This document shows positions 8,092-18,339 of a stretch of DNA of 35,771 bases, piece by piece. Both the position numbers and the translations under genes were made by a program. Where the stretch lies: the NCBI GenBank assembly GCA_046484865.1, contig JAWOID010000072.1:1-35771 (forward strand), in the 5' to 3' direction. A model generated the notes under the pieces. That model searched no databases. It worked only from the letters and a program-made list of their open reading frames with translations, and was not told where the DNA came from. Within the stretch, counting starts at the first letter, position 1, and each line of letters starts with the position of its first letter. The DNA is from Candidatus Krumholzibacteriia bacterium (lineage in GTDB: Bacteria; Krumholzibacteriota; Krumholzibacteriia; LZORAL124-64-63).

Positions 8092-9483
8092 TCACTGGTA
8101 CTCGGCTCCCAGGAAGATGACGCTGAAGAGGATGGCGCCGACCGCCAGCGGCGCCACGAAGCGCAGCGCGACCAGCAGCCCGCCGGTGCCGCGCACCCGG
8201 CCGTGCCCGGCGCTCAACTCGTCATGGACGGCGTGGCGGCCCAGCACCCAGCCCACGAACAGCGCGATGAAGAGCCCCCCGACCGGCAGGAACCAGTTCG
8301 TCGCCAGGTAGTCGAGGGTGCCGAAGACGCCCGCGGTGCTGGCGCGCCCCACCGGATTGAACGAGGTCAGGGACGAGCTGGCGCCCAGGCTCAGCGCATT
8401 CAGGACGCCGAAGAGCGCGATTGTCGCGCCCATGGTCACGGTCGCCCGTCGGCGCGTCCACCTGAGCTGGTCGATGGCGTAGCTGGAGACCACCTCCATG
8501 AGTGAGATGGTCGATGTCAGCGCGGCGAACGCCACCAGCAAGAAGAACAGCCCGTTGAGGAATGGGCCTCCCGGCAACTGCACCAGCACCGTGGGCAGGG
8601 TGGTGAAGAGGATGGTCGCGCTCGCGGTGATGTCCAGATCGAACGTGAAGATGATCGAGAACATGATCACGCTCGCGACGATGCCGATGAGCGAGTCCAG
8701 GGCGCAGATCTGGACGACCGATCGCGGGATCGAGGTGGAGCGACTCATGTAGCTGCCATAGGTGAGCATGGCGCCCATTCCCAGGCTGAGCGAGAAGAAC
8801 GCCTGCCCGAGCGCCTCGAGCACGGTGGTGGGTTCGAGGTCGCCGAAGTTGGGCCGGAACAGGAAACGCATCGCCTCGCCGAAGCCCGCCGTGGTCGTGG
8901 CGTAGATCGCGAGGAAGATCAGGATCGCGAACAGCGTGGGCATCAGCACGCGCGCCACGCGCTCGATCCCGCCCTTCACGCCGAAGTACACCGAACCCAC
9001 CGTCAGCGACATGAATATCAGGTGGTAGAACACCTGCTGGCGGCCGTCGCCGAGGAAGCCCAGGAAATACCGCTGCAGTTCCTCCGGTTGCCGCGACATC
9101 TCTGCCAGCTGGCCCTGCAGCGCGAGCACGATGTACTTCACGGTCCAGCCCGCCACGACGCTGTAGTACGACAGGATCACGAAACCCGCGGCCACGCCCA
9201 GGAATCCCACGCCCATCCAGGCGCGGCCGCCGCGCCGCCCCGCCGAGAGCTTCCGGAAGGTGCCGACGGGGTCGCTCTGGGCGCGCCGCCCCATCAGAAC
9301 CTCGGCCATCATGATGGGCACGCCGACGAAGACCACCGCCAGGATGTAGGTCAGCACGAAGGCCCCGCCCTCGTTGCTGTGCGCCATGTAAGGAAACTTC
9401 CACAGGTTGCCGAGTCCGATGGCGCTGCCGGCCGCCGCGAGGATGAACCCCAGGCGACCGCTCCACTGTCCGCGCGGTTCCAT
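8092..9483 (-). CDS. Sodium-dependent transporter, NSS (SLC6/LeuT-like) family
   Basis: R..WSGRLGFILAAAGSAIGLGNLWKFPY, GGAF and GQAFFSLSLGMG..TYGSY motifs. AAAGGA upstream of ATG 9483 (alternative start 9531). Confidence 0.95.
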   Translation of the reverse strand: MEPRGQWSGRLGFILAAAGSAIGLGNLWKFPYMAHSNEGGAFVLTYILAVVFVGVPIMMAEVLMGRRAQSDPVGTFRKLSAGRRGGRAWMGVGFLGVAAGFVILSYYSVVAGWTVKYIVLALQGQLAEMSRQPEELQRYFLGFLGDGRQQVFYHLIFMSLTVGSVYFGVKGGIERVARVLMPTLFAILIFLAIYATTTAGFGEAMRFLFRPNFGDLEPTTVLEALGQAFFSLSLGMGAMLTYGSYMSRSTSIPRSVVQICALDSLIGIVASVIMFSIIFTFDLDITASATILFTTLPTVLVQLPGGPFLNGLFFLLVAFAALTSTISLMEVVSSYAIDQLRWTRRRATVTMGATIALFGVLNALSLGASSSLTSFNPVGRASTAGVFGTLDYLATNWFLPVGGLFIALFVGWVLGRHAVHDELSAGHGRVRGTGGLLVALRFVAPLAVGAILFSVIFLGAEYQ

Positions 9484-9710
9484 GCCGATGTGCGTCCTTT
9501 CCGCGGATCCCGCCCGCCGAGCGGTCGTCACGCCGTCTGCGTGAGGACCCGCGCCGCCGTCACGGCAGGGTCGCGAAGCGCGGAGGATAGCGCAGGTCGC
9601 GGGAGTGGGGAAGGACCGAGTCGGGAGTGCGGAGGCGGCGGGGCATCGAACCCGCGGCGGGCGGGAATGGCCAGGCCGCTCGATCGGGACGAGCCGCCTC
9701 CTGCGCGATC

Positions 9711-9719
9711 TGCTAGACT
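9711..9719 (+). promoter_or_regulatory. Extended -10 element, probable leaderless promoter
   Basis: TGcTAGACT ends 7 nt before ATG 9727, with no SD in between. Confidence 0.5.
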
Positions 9720-9726
9720 GCGCCCC

Positions 9727-10923
9727 ATGTCTTTCGAGTGCGCATCCATGGTGCAGACGCTGCAGTCGCTGATCCGGATCGACTCACGCAACCCGGACCT
9801 CGAGGCCGGTGCGCCGGGCGAACTGGAACTGGCCCGCCACGTACAGGCGCTGCTGACGTCCTGGGGCTGGGAGCCCGAGCTGCATCCCCTCGGCGACCGG
9901 CGCGCGAACGTCGTGGCGCGACGGGCCGGCACCGGTTCGGGATCCTCCCTGATGATCAACGTCCACCTCGACACCGTGGGCACGGCCGGAATGGACGCCC
10001 CCTTCTCGGGCGCCATCCGTGACGGTCGCGTCTATGGGCGCGGCGCCCAGGACACCAAGGGCGGCATGGCGGCGGTGCTGGCGCTGGCCCGCGAGCTGGG
10101 CCGGGGAAGCGAGGTGTTCGCGGGCGACCTCGTGCTCGCCTTCGTCGCCGACGAGGAGAACGCGAGCATCGGCACCGCCGACCTGATCAGGCGGCTGCGG
10201 ACCGACGCCGCCATCGTGATCGAGCCGAGCGACCTGGACGTGGTCGTCGGACACCGGGGGTTCGGGATCTTCCGTGTCCGCACCCGCGGCAGGACGGCCC
10301 ACGGCGGCCGGCCGGACCTCGGGGTGGATGCGAACCTGCACATGGGCCTCGTCCTCGCCGAGATCGAGCGCCTGCGGGGCGACTGGGAGCACCGGTGGCG
10401 CCACCCGCACCTCGGTGCGGCGTCCATGCACATCCCCGTGCTCGGCGGCGGCCGCCACCGCTTCGTGTACGCGGACGCGTGCACGGCCGAGGTCGAGTGC
10501 CGCACCGTGCCCGGCCAGACCGCGGGGGATACCGCACGCGACCTGCGCCGCGCGGCGGAAAGGGCCGGGGCAGGGCGACCGGACCTCGACGTCGCGGTGG
10601 AGCCCGTCCTGTGGCGGTCGCCGCACGCGATCGATCCCGACCGGCCGATCGTGCGAGCGGTGCGGGACGCCGGCGCACGGGTGCTCGGCCGTGAGCCCCG
10701 CAACGGCTGGCACGGCTGGTGGGAGGACTCCGGGCTGCTCGCCGAGGTCGGCATCGACGCGGTGGTCCTCGGTCCGGTCGGCGGGGGACTGCACACGGAG
10801 ACGGAGTGGGTCGACGTCGAGTCGGTGATCCGGCTCGCCGAGATCCTGCTGCACGCGACGCGCATCCACTGCGGCACCGACGGACGGGGCCGCATGACGG
10901 GAAGGAATCCAGCGCATGACTGA
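9727..10923 (+). CDS. M20 family metallo-hydrolase (ArgE/DapE-like deacylase)
   Basis: HLDTV, GRGAQDTKGG, ADEE, IEPS, GRTAHG and C-terminal LHTETE metal-binding motifs. Confidence 0.9.
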   Translation: MSFECASMVQTLQSLIRIDSRNPDLEAGAPGELELARHVQALLTSWGWEPELHPLGDRRANVVARRAGTGSGSSLMINVHLDTVGTAGMDAPFSGAIRDGRVYGRGAQDTKGGMAAVLALARELGRGSEVFAGDLVLAFVADEENASIGTADLIRRLRTDAAIVIEPSDLDVVVGHRGFGIFRVRTRGRTAHGGRPDLGVDANLHMGLVLAEIERLRGDWEHRWRHPHLGAASMHIPVLGGGRHRFVYADACTAEVECRTVPGQTAGDTARDLRRAAERAGAGRPDLDVAVEPVLWRSPHAIDPDRPIVRAVRDAGARVLGREPRNGWHGWWEDSGLLAEVGIDAVVLGPVGGGLHTETEWVDVESVIRLAEILLHATRIHCGTDGRGRMTGRNPAHD

Positions 10924-12097
10924 TCAGAAGCGTGAACCGGGAATCGGGACGCGAGCGGTCTGGGGCGGCGAGGAAGGCGTCAGCTGGCAGGGTGCCACAC
11001 AGGTGCCGGTGGTCCACAGCGTCACCTTCGGCTTCGACGACCTCGATGAGTGGATGGCCGTGGGAACGGGCCGAACCCGCGGCCACATCTACAGCCGCAA
11101 CACCAATCCGACGGTGGAGGTGTTCGAGGAGAAGATGCGCCTGCTCGAGGAGGCCGAGGCGGCGACGAGCTTCGCCACGGGCATGGCCGCGATCAGCAAC
11201 ACGCTCTTCGCGCTGCTCGAGCCCGGCAAGCGGGTCGTGAGCATCCGGGACACTTACGGGGGTACGAGCCGGATCTTCCTGGAGTTCCTGCCGCGCTTCG
11301 GCGTGCGGGTCGCGCTGGCTCCCACCGGGGACCACGACGCGCTGGAGACGGCGATCGGCGAAGGCTGCGATCTGCTCTACCTAAAGACGCCGACGAACCC
11401 GACCTTGAAGATCCTCGACATCGAGCGCCTGGCGGCGGCGGGACGCGCGGCCGGCGCGGTGGTGGTGGTCGACAACACCTTCGCCACGCCCGTCAACCAG
11501 CGACCCCTCGCGCTCGGCGCCGACCTCGTCGTGCACAGCGCGACGAAGTTCATCGGCGGACACTCCGACGCCATGGGCGGCGTGCTCTGCGGGAGGGCGG
11601 ACCTGGTGCGCGAGGTGTTCCGCTTCCGCGAGATCAACGGCGCCTCCCTGTCGCCGCCGGTCGCCTACTTCCTGATCCGCAGCCTCAAGACGCTCGAATT
11701 GCGCGTGCAGCGCCAGAACGAGAACGCGCTCGGGCTGGCGCGCTTCCTCCGCGACCATCCGGCGGTGGACCGGGTGTTCCATCCCGGCCTCGAGGACGAT
11801 CCCGGGCACGCGGTCGCGCGGCGGCAGATGAGCGGCTTCGGCGGGCTGGTGAGCTTCTCGCTGTCAGGCGACCTCGACGACGTACGTCGCTTCCTCCCGC
11901 GCCTGCGCTATGCCCACCGCGCCGCGAGTCTGGGGTCGGTGGGGACGCTGATCGGCCCGCCGGCGGTAACCAGCCACGTCGAACTCACCCCGGAGGCGCG
12001 GGCCGCGCTGGGGATCCCCGAGACGCTGATCCGGTGCTCGGTCGGCATCGAGAACCTCGATGATCTGATCGCCGACTTCGGGCAGGCGCTGGGGTGA
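10916..12097 (+). CDS. PLP-dependent cystathionine gamma-synthase/gamma-lyase family enzyme
   Basis: YSRxxNPT, GMAAI, YGGT, DNTFATP, HSATKFIGGHSD (PLP lysine), SLG and R.SVGIE motifs. Start overlaps the M20 gene. Confidence 0.93.
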   Translation: MTDQKREPGIGTRAVWGGEEGVSWQGATQVPVVHSVTFGFDDLDEWMAVGTGRTRGHIYSRNTNPTVEVFEEKMRLLEEAEAATSFATGMAAISNTLFALLEPGKRVVSIRDTYGGTSRIFLEFLPRFGVRVALAPTGDHDALETAIGEGCDLLYLKTPTNPTLKILDIERLAAAGRAAGAVVVVDNTFATPVNQRPLALGADLVVHSATKFIGGHSDAMGGVLCGRADLVREVFRFREINGASLSPPVAYFLIRSLKTLELRVQRQNENALGLARFLRDHPAVDRVFHPGLEDDPGHAVARRQMSGFGGLVSFSLSGDLDDVRRFLPRLRYAHRAASLGSVGTLIGPPAVTSHVELTPEARAALGIPETLIRCSVGIENLDDLIADFGQALG

Positions 12098-12218
12098 GTT
12101 CGCCTCGTGAGCGCGCCGCTCGCGATCGACGCCTGGACTCGCCGAGGACGCAAGCGGGTCGTGCGGGCCTTCGTGGGGAATGCGACGATGCCGAGGTGGG
12201 CTCCGGCGAACTCCGAAC

Positions 12219-12257
12219 AAAAAGAATCCCCGATGCGCTAAGCATCGGGGACTCTTT
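12219..12257. terminator. Intrinsic terminator, likely bidirectional
   Basis: Stem CCCCGATGC/GCATCGGGG flanked by AAAAAGAA and CTCTTT, lying between the converging tRNA and gamma-lyase genes. Confidence 0.85.
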
Positions 12258-12262
12258 CAAAG

Positions 12263-12339
<77 letters not shown>

Positions 12340-12363
12340 TCCATTTCCAGTTCGTGGACGGCA

Positions 12364-12392
12364 AATATAGAAGGCCCGCCGGGCACTGTCAA
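12364..12392 (-). promoter_or_regulatory. Sigma70 promoter for tRNA-fMet
   Basis: TTGACA-N17-TATATT. The -35 element contains the ftsB TGA stop. Confidence 0.85.
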
Positions 12393-12769
12393 GGTGAGCG
12401 CCGGGCCGCCTCGGACTCGGGTACCAGGCGCAGCATCGTCTCGCCCGGGTGTCTCAGATTGTAGTTCTCTCGGGCCAGCCGCTCCAGTTCCTCTGGATCG
12501 TCGCGCAGCCGGCGCAGGTGATCCTCGAGCCTTTCCCGCTCGTGCCGGAGCCGCGCCACCTCCTCCTGCAGACGATCGCGCTCGCGCCGCAGATGGAGAT
12601 AAGCGCCGAGGCCGTTGCTCCCCACGGTGGGGTACAGGAGGAACAGCACCAGCACGAATCCGCCCGCCGTCAGCAGCGTCCGCCGGGCCAGGCCGCCCGC
12701 GGTGTGCTGCCGCCCGCGCAGGAACGGCCCCGCGGCCCGCTCCCCTTGTCCAACCTCCATGTCGGCCAT
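12389..12769 (-). CDS. ftsB: Septum formation initiator (FtsB/DivIC family)
   Basis: One TM segment, a coiled coil and DPEELERLARENYNLRHPGE. Lies directly after eno, a commonly conserved arrangement. Confidence 0.85.
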   Translation of the reverse strand: MADMEVGQGERAAGPFLRGRQHTAGGLARRTLLTAGGFVLVLFLLYPTVGSNGLGAYLHLRRERDRLQEEVARLRHERERLEDHLRRLRDDPEELERLARENYNLRHPGETMLRLVPESEAARRSP

Positions 12770-12818
12770 CTCGTCTCCCCGGCGGCGCTCCTCGCCGCCG
12801 CTCGCCGGCCGCAACGGC

Positions 12819-14211
<1,393 letters not shown>

Positions 14212-14222
14212 GGAACTGCCGG

Positions 14223-14252
14223 TTGACCCTGCCGCGAGTCGATCGCTATCTT
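14223..14252 (+). promoter_or_regulatory. Sigma70 promoter for the ECF sigma gene (leaderless)
   Basis: TTGACC-N18-TATCTT ends 6 nt before ATG 14259. Confidence 0.65.
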
Positions 14253-14258
14253 CGACCG

Positions 14259-14843
14259 ATGTTCGACCGCCGCAGCGACCTGAGGCTCATCCATCGGTGC
14301 AAGCGGGGCGAGGAGGACGCGTTCGCCACCGTCCTGCAGCGCTACCGCGGCCCGATCTACAATCTTTGCCTGCGCATGGTTCGCAACTCCGAGGACGCTC
14401 GCGACCTCGCGCAGGAGATCTTCATCAAGGTCTTCTCGCTCCTGGATCGCTACGACGAGAAGTTCGCCTTCAGCAGCTGGCTCTTCAGGATCGCCACCAA
14501 CCACTGCATCGACCACCTCCGCCGGAACCGGCTCCGCTTCCTCTCGCTGGAGGGGACCGTCGGCCCGGACGGCGAGGAGATGGAACTCCAGTTGCCCGAC
14601 TCCGGGCCCGGTCCGGACACCGTGATGCAGCGCCAGGAGGCCCTCGAGCTGCTGGAGGAGGTCATCGGCGAGTTGCCGCCCCATTACCGGGTGATCACTC
14701 TCCTGCGTCACGACGAGCAGCTCTCGTACGAAGAGATCGCCGAAACCCTGCAGCTGCCGCTGGGGACCGTGAAGGCCCGTATCCACCGTGCGCGCAACAT
14801 GATCCAGCAGATGCTGGCGGCCCGTTCCTACGACATCCGGTGA
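14259..14843 (+). CDS. ECF sigma factor, SigW-like
   Basis: Region 2 (DARDLAQEIFIK...FSSWLFRIATNHCIDHLRR) and region 4 (LSYEEIAETLQLPLGTVKARIHRAR); 194 aa. Confidence 0.95.
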   Translation: MFDRRSDLRLIHRCKRGEEDAFATVLQRYRGPIYNLCLRMVRNSEDARDLAQEIFIKVFSLLDRYDEKFAFSSWLFRIATNHCIDHLRRNRLRFLSLEGTVGPDGEEMELQLPDSGPGPDTVMQRQEALELLEEVIGELPPHYRVITLLRHDEQLSYEEIAETLQLPLGTVKARIHRARNMIQQMLAARSYDIR

Positions 14844-14913
14844 GTCTGACGGACCGGCGCGTCGGGGAGCGGCGCCGGACCGGCCGATCCTCGGAGCATC
14901 GCTTCAGATTTCG

Positions 14914-14939
14914 TGCAACCCCGGCCCGGAATTCCCGTA
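14914..14939 (+). promoter_or_regulatory. SigW-type ECF promoter upstream of the anti-sigma gene
   Basis: TGCAAC-N16-CGTA, one mismatch from the B. subtilis SigW consensus TGAAAC-N16-CGTA. Confidence 0.65.
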
Positions 14940-15177
14940 GAGGGGGAGAGCACGGCGGGAAGCGAGCGGATCCGCGAGGACCGCGACTCTCCGATCGGTG
15001 CCACGGAGTGCGGCAGGCGATCATGTCAATGTCGGGGGATACGACGTCTGCCGCGGGGGTGGGACCGGACCTCGGTCCGGTTCCACCTCACCATCCGGCG
15101 ATTGCCGGACCGGTGAGGTCCATGTACGCTGGCCGGGCCCGAGCAGCGAGGTCTGCCAGCCCGGGAAGGAGCCGGAC

Positions 15178-15699
15178 GTGAACGGCCATCATCAGCCGCC
15201 GGAGCAGGAGATCTCCTGCCAGGACTGCACCGAGTTGCTGCAGGACTATCTCGACGGGACGCTGGCCAAGCCGACGTCCCTGGCCCTGTTCCTGCACGTG
15301 CGACAGTGCCCGGCTTGCGAGCGGGAGCTCGAGAGCTGGCGTGTCCTGATGCGTACGCTGGACGATCTGCCTCGTCATGACGTCCCCGAGCCGGCGTCGT
15401 TCGACCGCGCCGTGATGGAACGGGTGCCGTTGCAGGCGTATCGCGCCATGGAGCCGCTGCGGCGGGACCGGATCCCCGTGTTCCTCGAGGACGAGTTCCT
15501 GCCGGGCTTCGTGCGCTCGCCCGCGGTGAGGACCGGCGGCCTGGCGGTCGCCGCGGCCGGAGCCATGGGCCTGGCGCTGGGACTCGGCGTGGCGCCGGTG
15601 GAAACCGCGGCGCTGGCGGGTGTTCTACCGGAACTGATGGTGCGTCTCCAGCGCGTGGGGCGCCGGTTGGCCCTGCGTACCCGCCGGTCTGAGGCCTGA
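15178..15699 (+). CDS. Zinc-binding anti-sigma factor (zf-HC2, RsiW-like)
   Basis: C..C near the N-terminus, HVRQCPAC (HxxxCxxC) and a C-terminal hydrophobic segment. GAAGGAG RBS before GTG. Confidence 0.88.
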   Translation: MNGHHQPPEQEISCQDCTELLQDYLDGTLAKPTSLALFLHVRQCPACERELESWRVLMRTLDDLPRHDVPEPASFDRAVMERVPLQAYRAMEPLRRDRIPVFLEDEFLPGFVRSPAVRTGGLAVAAAGAMGLALGLGVAPVETAALAGVLPELMVRLQRVGRRLALRTRRSEA

Positions 15700-15729
15700 G
15701 CCGCAACCGAGAGGGCGAACACGACTGCG

Positions 15730-17229
15730 ATGATCTTCACGACGAGCGTCGCGAGCGGATGGCGACCGACACGGGTGCGGGAGCGACCGGCGCGGCGATC
15801 TCTGCTTGCATCTCTGTTCGCCGGTCGCCTGCCGGCGGGGGCATGGGCCCTGCTGGTGGTCGTCGGCGTGGGCCTGGCCACCGCCCAGGCCGCACCGCCG
15901 CCGCCGACCCCGCGGGAGCGTCCGCGGCCGCTGCCGCCGTCGACGGAGCGCGACTCCCTGCTGGCGCAGGTTCGTGAATATTCACGTCTGGTGGCGGGGC
16001 TCCGCGACTCCCTGGCCGGACCCGGCGGGCACCGGGACAGCATCGACGCCGCCCGACGCGAGATCATCGAGGTCACCATCCAGGAATTCAGCGGCGCGCT
16101 GGCCGAACTGCGCGACGAACTGGACCGGTTCGACCTGCGCATCGAGGACAACGTCATCGCTCTGCGAGACCGGGCCGGGGGCGAGGTGTCGGTCCATGTT
16201 CCCAGGGACATCGGCGAGCGCTTCAGCGAGGGGATCACGGCCATCACGCGCCGGATCCTCGAGGAATTGCCCGACACGCTCCGCATCGGCGACAAGACCC
16301 ACGGCTGGACCGTCCCGTTGCCGTCATCGCTGCCGCGGCCGCGGCGCATCATCGACGGCGATGCGGTCCGCCTGCGGGACGACATCATCATCGCGGCCGA
16401 CGAGGAGGTGCGCGGCAACGTCGTCGTGCTGTTCGCCGACGGGGTGATCTCGGGAGTGGTGAGGGGCGATGTCGTCGTGCTCTTCGGAGACCTCTGGGTG
16501 GAGGAGGGTGCCGAGATCTCCGGCACCGTCGTGGTGCTCGGACGTTTCGACCGTGGTCAGGATGCCCAGGTGGGCAGCGTCACGGTCATCGATCCGCTGC
16601 ACGGGGGCGGCATGACGGTGGGGCCGTGGCTACTCTTCGAGGGCTGGGTGGGGTTTCTGGTGATCCAGGGCCTCTTCGCCGTCACGGTGGTGCTGGCCGC
16701 CCTGGTGCTGCTGCTGCTGCCCCGGGGGCGCCTCGATGTGGCGCTGAACACGGCCGCAGCGCGCACCGGCCGATCCCTGGCGGTGGGATTGCTCGCGGCC
16801 ACCCTGGGGCATGGTGCGGTGATCCTGCTGAGCGCTCTGCTGGTCCTCACCATCATCGGCATTCCCATCGCGGTCCTGCTGCTGCTGGCGATGGGGCTCG
16901 TCGCCCTGGTGGCGATCGCCGTGGCCGCGGCGGCCCTCGGCCGCCGGATCTGTGCGGTCGCGGGTCTCGCCTGCACCCGACCCTGGCTGATCGGGATTCT
17001 GGGCATCTTCCTGCTGCACTTGCCGGTGTTCGTGGCGTCGCTGGTGGGGGCGCTGGCCGGCGGAAGCGGGCTCGCTTCGGCGCTGGCGCTCGCGGCCACG
17101 CTCGTGGTGGCGGCAGCGTACGTGATCGGGCTGGGAGCCCTCCTGCAGTCGAGGTTCGGCACCGCAGCGGATCAGCGCACCAGCACCACCGAGCCGCGGC
17201 TGACCAGTCGTCCCAGCGTCAGCACGTAG
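15730..17229 (+). CDS. Membrane protein with bactofilin/polymer-forming-like beta repeats and multiple C-terminal TM helices
   Basis: Signal-like stretch, repeated VxGDVVV / ISGTVVV motifs and about five to six TM helices. Follows the sigma/anti-sigma pair. Start uncertain. Confidence 0.7.
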   Translation: MIFTTSVASGWRPTRVRERPARRSLLASLFAGRLPAGAWALLVVVGVGLATAQAAPPPPTPRERPRPLPPSTERDSLLAQVREYSRLVAGLRDSLAGPGGHRDSIDAARREIIEVTIQEFSGALAELRDELDRFDLRIEDNVIALRDRAGGEVSVHVPRDIGERFSEGITAITRRILEELPDTLRIGDKTHGWTVPLPSSLPRPRRIIDGDAVRLRDDIIIAADEEVRGNVVVLFADGVISGVVRGDVVVLFGDLWVEEGAEISGTVVVLGRFDRGQDAQVGSVTVIDPLHGGGMTVGPWLLFEGWVGFLVIQGLFAVTVVLAALVLLLLPRGRLDVALNTAAARTGRSLAVGLLAATLGHGAVILLSALLVLTIIGIPIAVLLLLAMGLVALVAIAVAAAALGRRICAVAGLACTRPWLIGILGIFLLHLPVFVASLVGALAGGSGLASALALAATLVVAAAYVIGLGALLQSRFGTAADQRTSTTEPRLTSRPSVST

Positions 17230-18212
17230 AGATAGGTTCCGGACGCCGCCGCCGACCCGTCGCTGTTGTCGCCCTGCCAGCGTATCTGCAGCCGCCCGCC
17301 TACCGTCTCGCCGCCAAGCAGCACCCGCACCATCCGGCCGCGCACGTCGTAGAGGCGCAGCACCGCCTGGTCGCCCAGCAGCGCATGGTCCTGCGGCAGC
17401 TCGAGCTCCACGTGCGTCAGCGGATTGCAGGGATTCGGGTAGGCGCGGCTCGGCAGCTGGAGGCTGTGGTCCGCCGGGGCGCGCAGGAAGAACGACTCGA
17501 GCAACTCCGACAGCCCGGCGATCTCGCCGGGAAGGGGAAGGGACGGGTTCTCGATCGTGCCGCTGCTGCGCGCCAGGTCGCTGCCGTACAGGAACCGGAT
17601 GTCCTCCGCGATGATCTCGCGGGGGCGCTCGCGGTGCGGCAGTTCCGCGGCCGGCACGCCGGCCGCGTCGACCGGCGGCAGGCCGCGCAGGCGCCGGTAC
17701 GCCTCCCACCGCTCCGGGGCGCCGTCGAGGTAGCATGCCGTGAGCACATGGCCCATCTCGTGGGTGACGATGTAGTGCACGGTGGCGTCGGAGACCGGAG
17801 CGAAGCCCGGCGACAGGTAGATAACACCGTGCTCCGAGTAGCTCCCAGGCGGATCCAGCGGCGGCACCGGCAGGATGAACACCTCGACGCGGACGCCGCC
17901 GGAGATCCTGCGCATCCTGGCCAGCGCGTCGAGGACGACCGCCGGGTCGAAGGGGTGGAAGGCGTCGGTGGTGCGGCCCACCCGGGGGTCATCGGGTCCG
18001 GTCGCCAGTTCGATGCGATCGCCGCGGTCGTGGTGGAGGAACGTGCGGCCCTGTTCGGTCACGAGGTGATAGGCGCTCAGTTCCTCGGCTCCGTGCAGCA
18101 CGGCGGTGACGCCGTTGAGGCAGACATGCTCCCGGCCGGCGACGGCGGGGAGCGCTCGGTCCGGTGCGCCGAGGAAGCCCAGGATCATGAGCATGGCCGC
18201 GGTCCGCCGCAT
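17172..18212 (-). CDS. Secreted HExxH zinc-metalloprotease-like protein with C-terminal FlgD-Ig/T9SS-type domain
   Basis: Signal peptide, THEMGH with downstream EIIAED, and C-terminal YPNPCNP...YDVRGRMVR...WQG...ASGTYLY. Confidence 0.8.
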   Translation of the reverse strand: MRRTAAMLMILGFLGAPDRALPAVAGREHVCLNGVTAVLHGAEELSAYHLVTEQGRTFLHHDRGDRIELATGPDDPRVGRTTDAFHPFDPAVVLDALARMRRISGGVRVEVFILPVPPLDPPGSYSEHGVIYLSPGFAPVSDATVHYIVTHEMGHVLTACYLDGAPERWEAYRRLRGLPPVDAAGVPAAELPHRERPREIIAEDIRFLYGSDLARSSGTIENPSLPLPGEIAGLSELLESFFLRAPADHSLQLPSRAYPNPCNPLTHVELELPQDHALLGDQAVLRLYDVRGRMVRVLLGGETVGGRLQIRWQGDNSDGSAAASGTYLYVLTLGRLVSRGSVVLVR

Positions 18213-18262
18213 CCGGGGGTTCCTCTCTGTCTGATCGGCGCTGCGCTCGATCCTACGACATG

Positions 18263-18292
18263 ATTGTACCCTGGGAGGAAATGACGTTTCAA
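18263..18292 (-). promoter_or_regulatory. Sigma70 promoter with AT-rich UP-like region
   Basis: TTGAAA-N18-TACAAT with an A/T tract at 18293-18320. Confidence 0.7.
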
Positions 18293-18339
18293 TAGAAAAA
18301 GAGATAAAAGATATTGAGTTGCAGCGGCGTTCGCGAGGT

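Noticed and set aside
18260..18325. Foreign AT-rich insertion
   Set aside because: It is short and explained by a promoter with an UP-like element.
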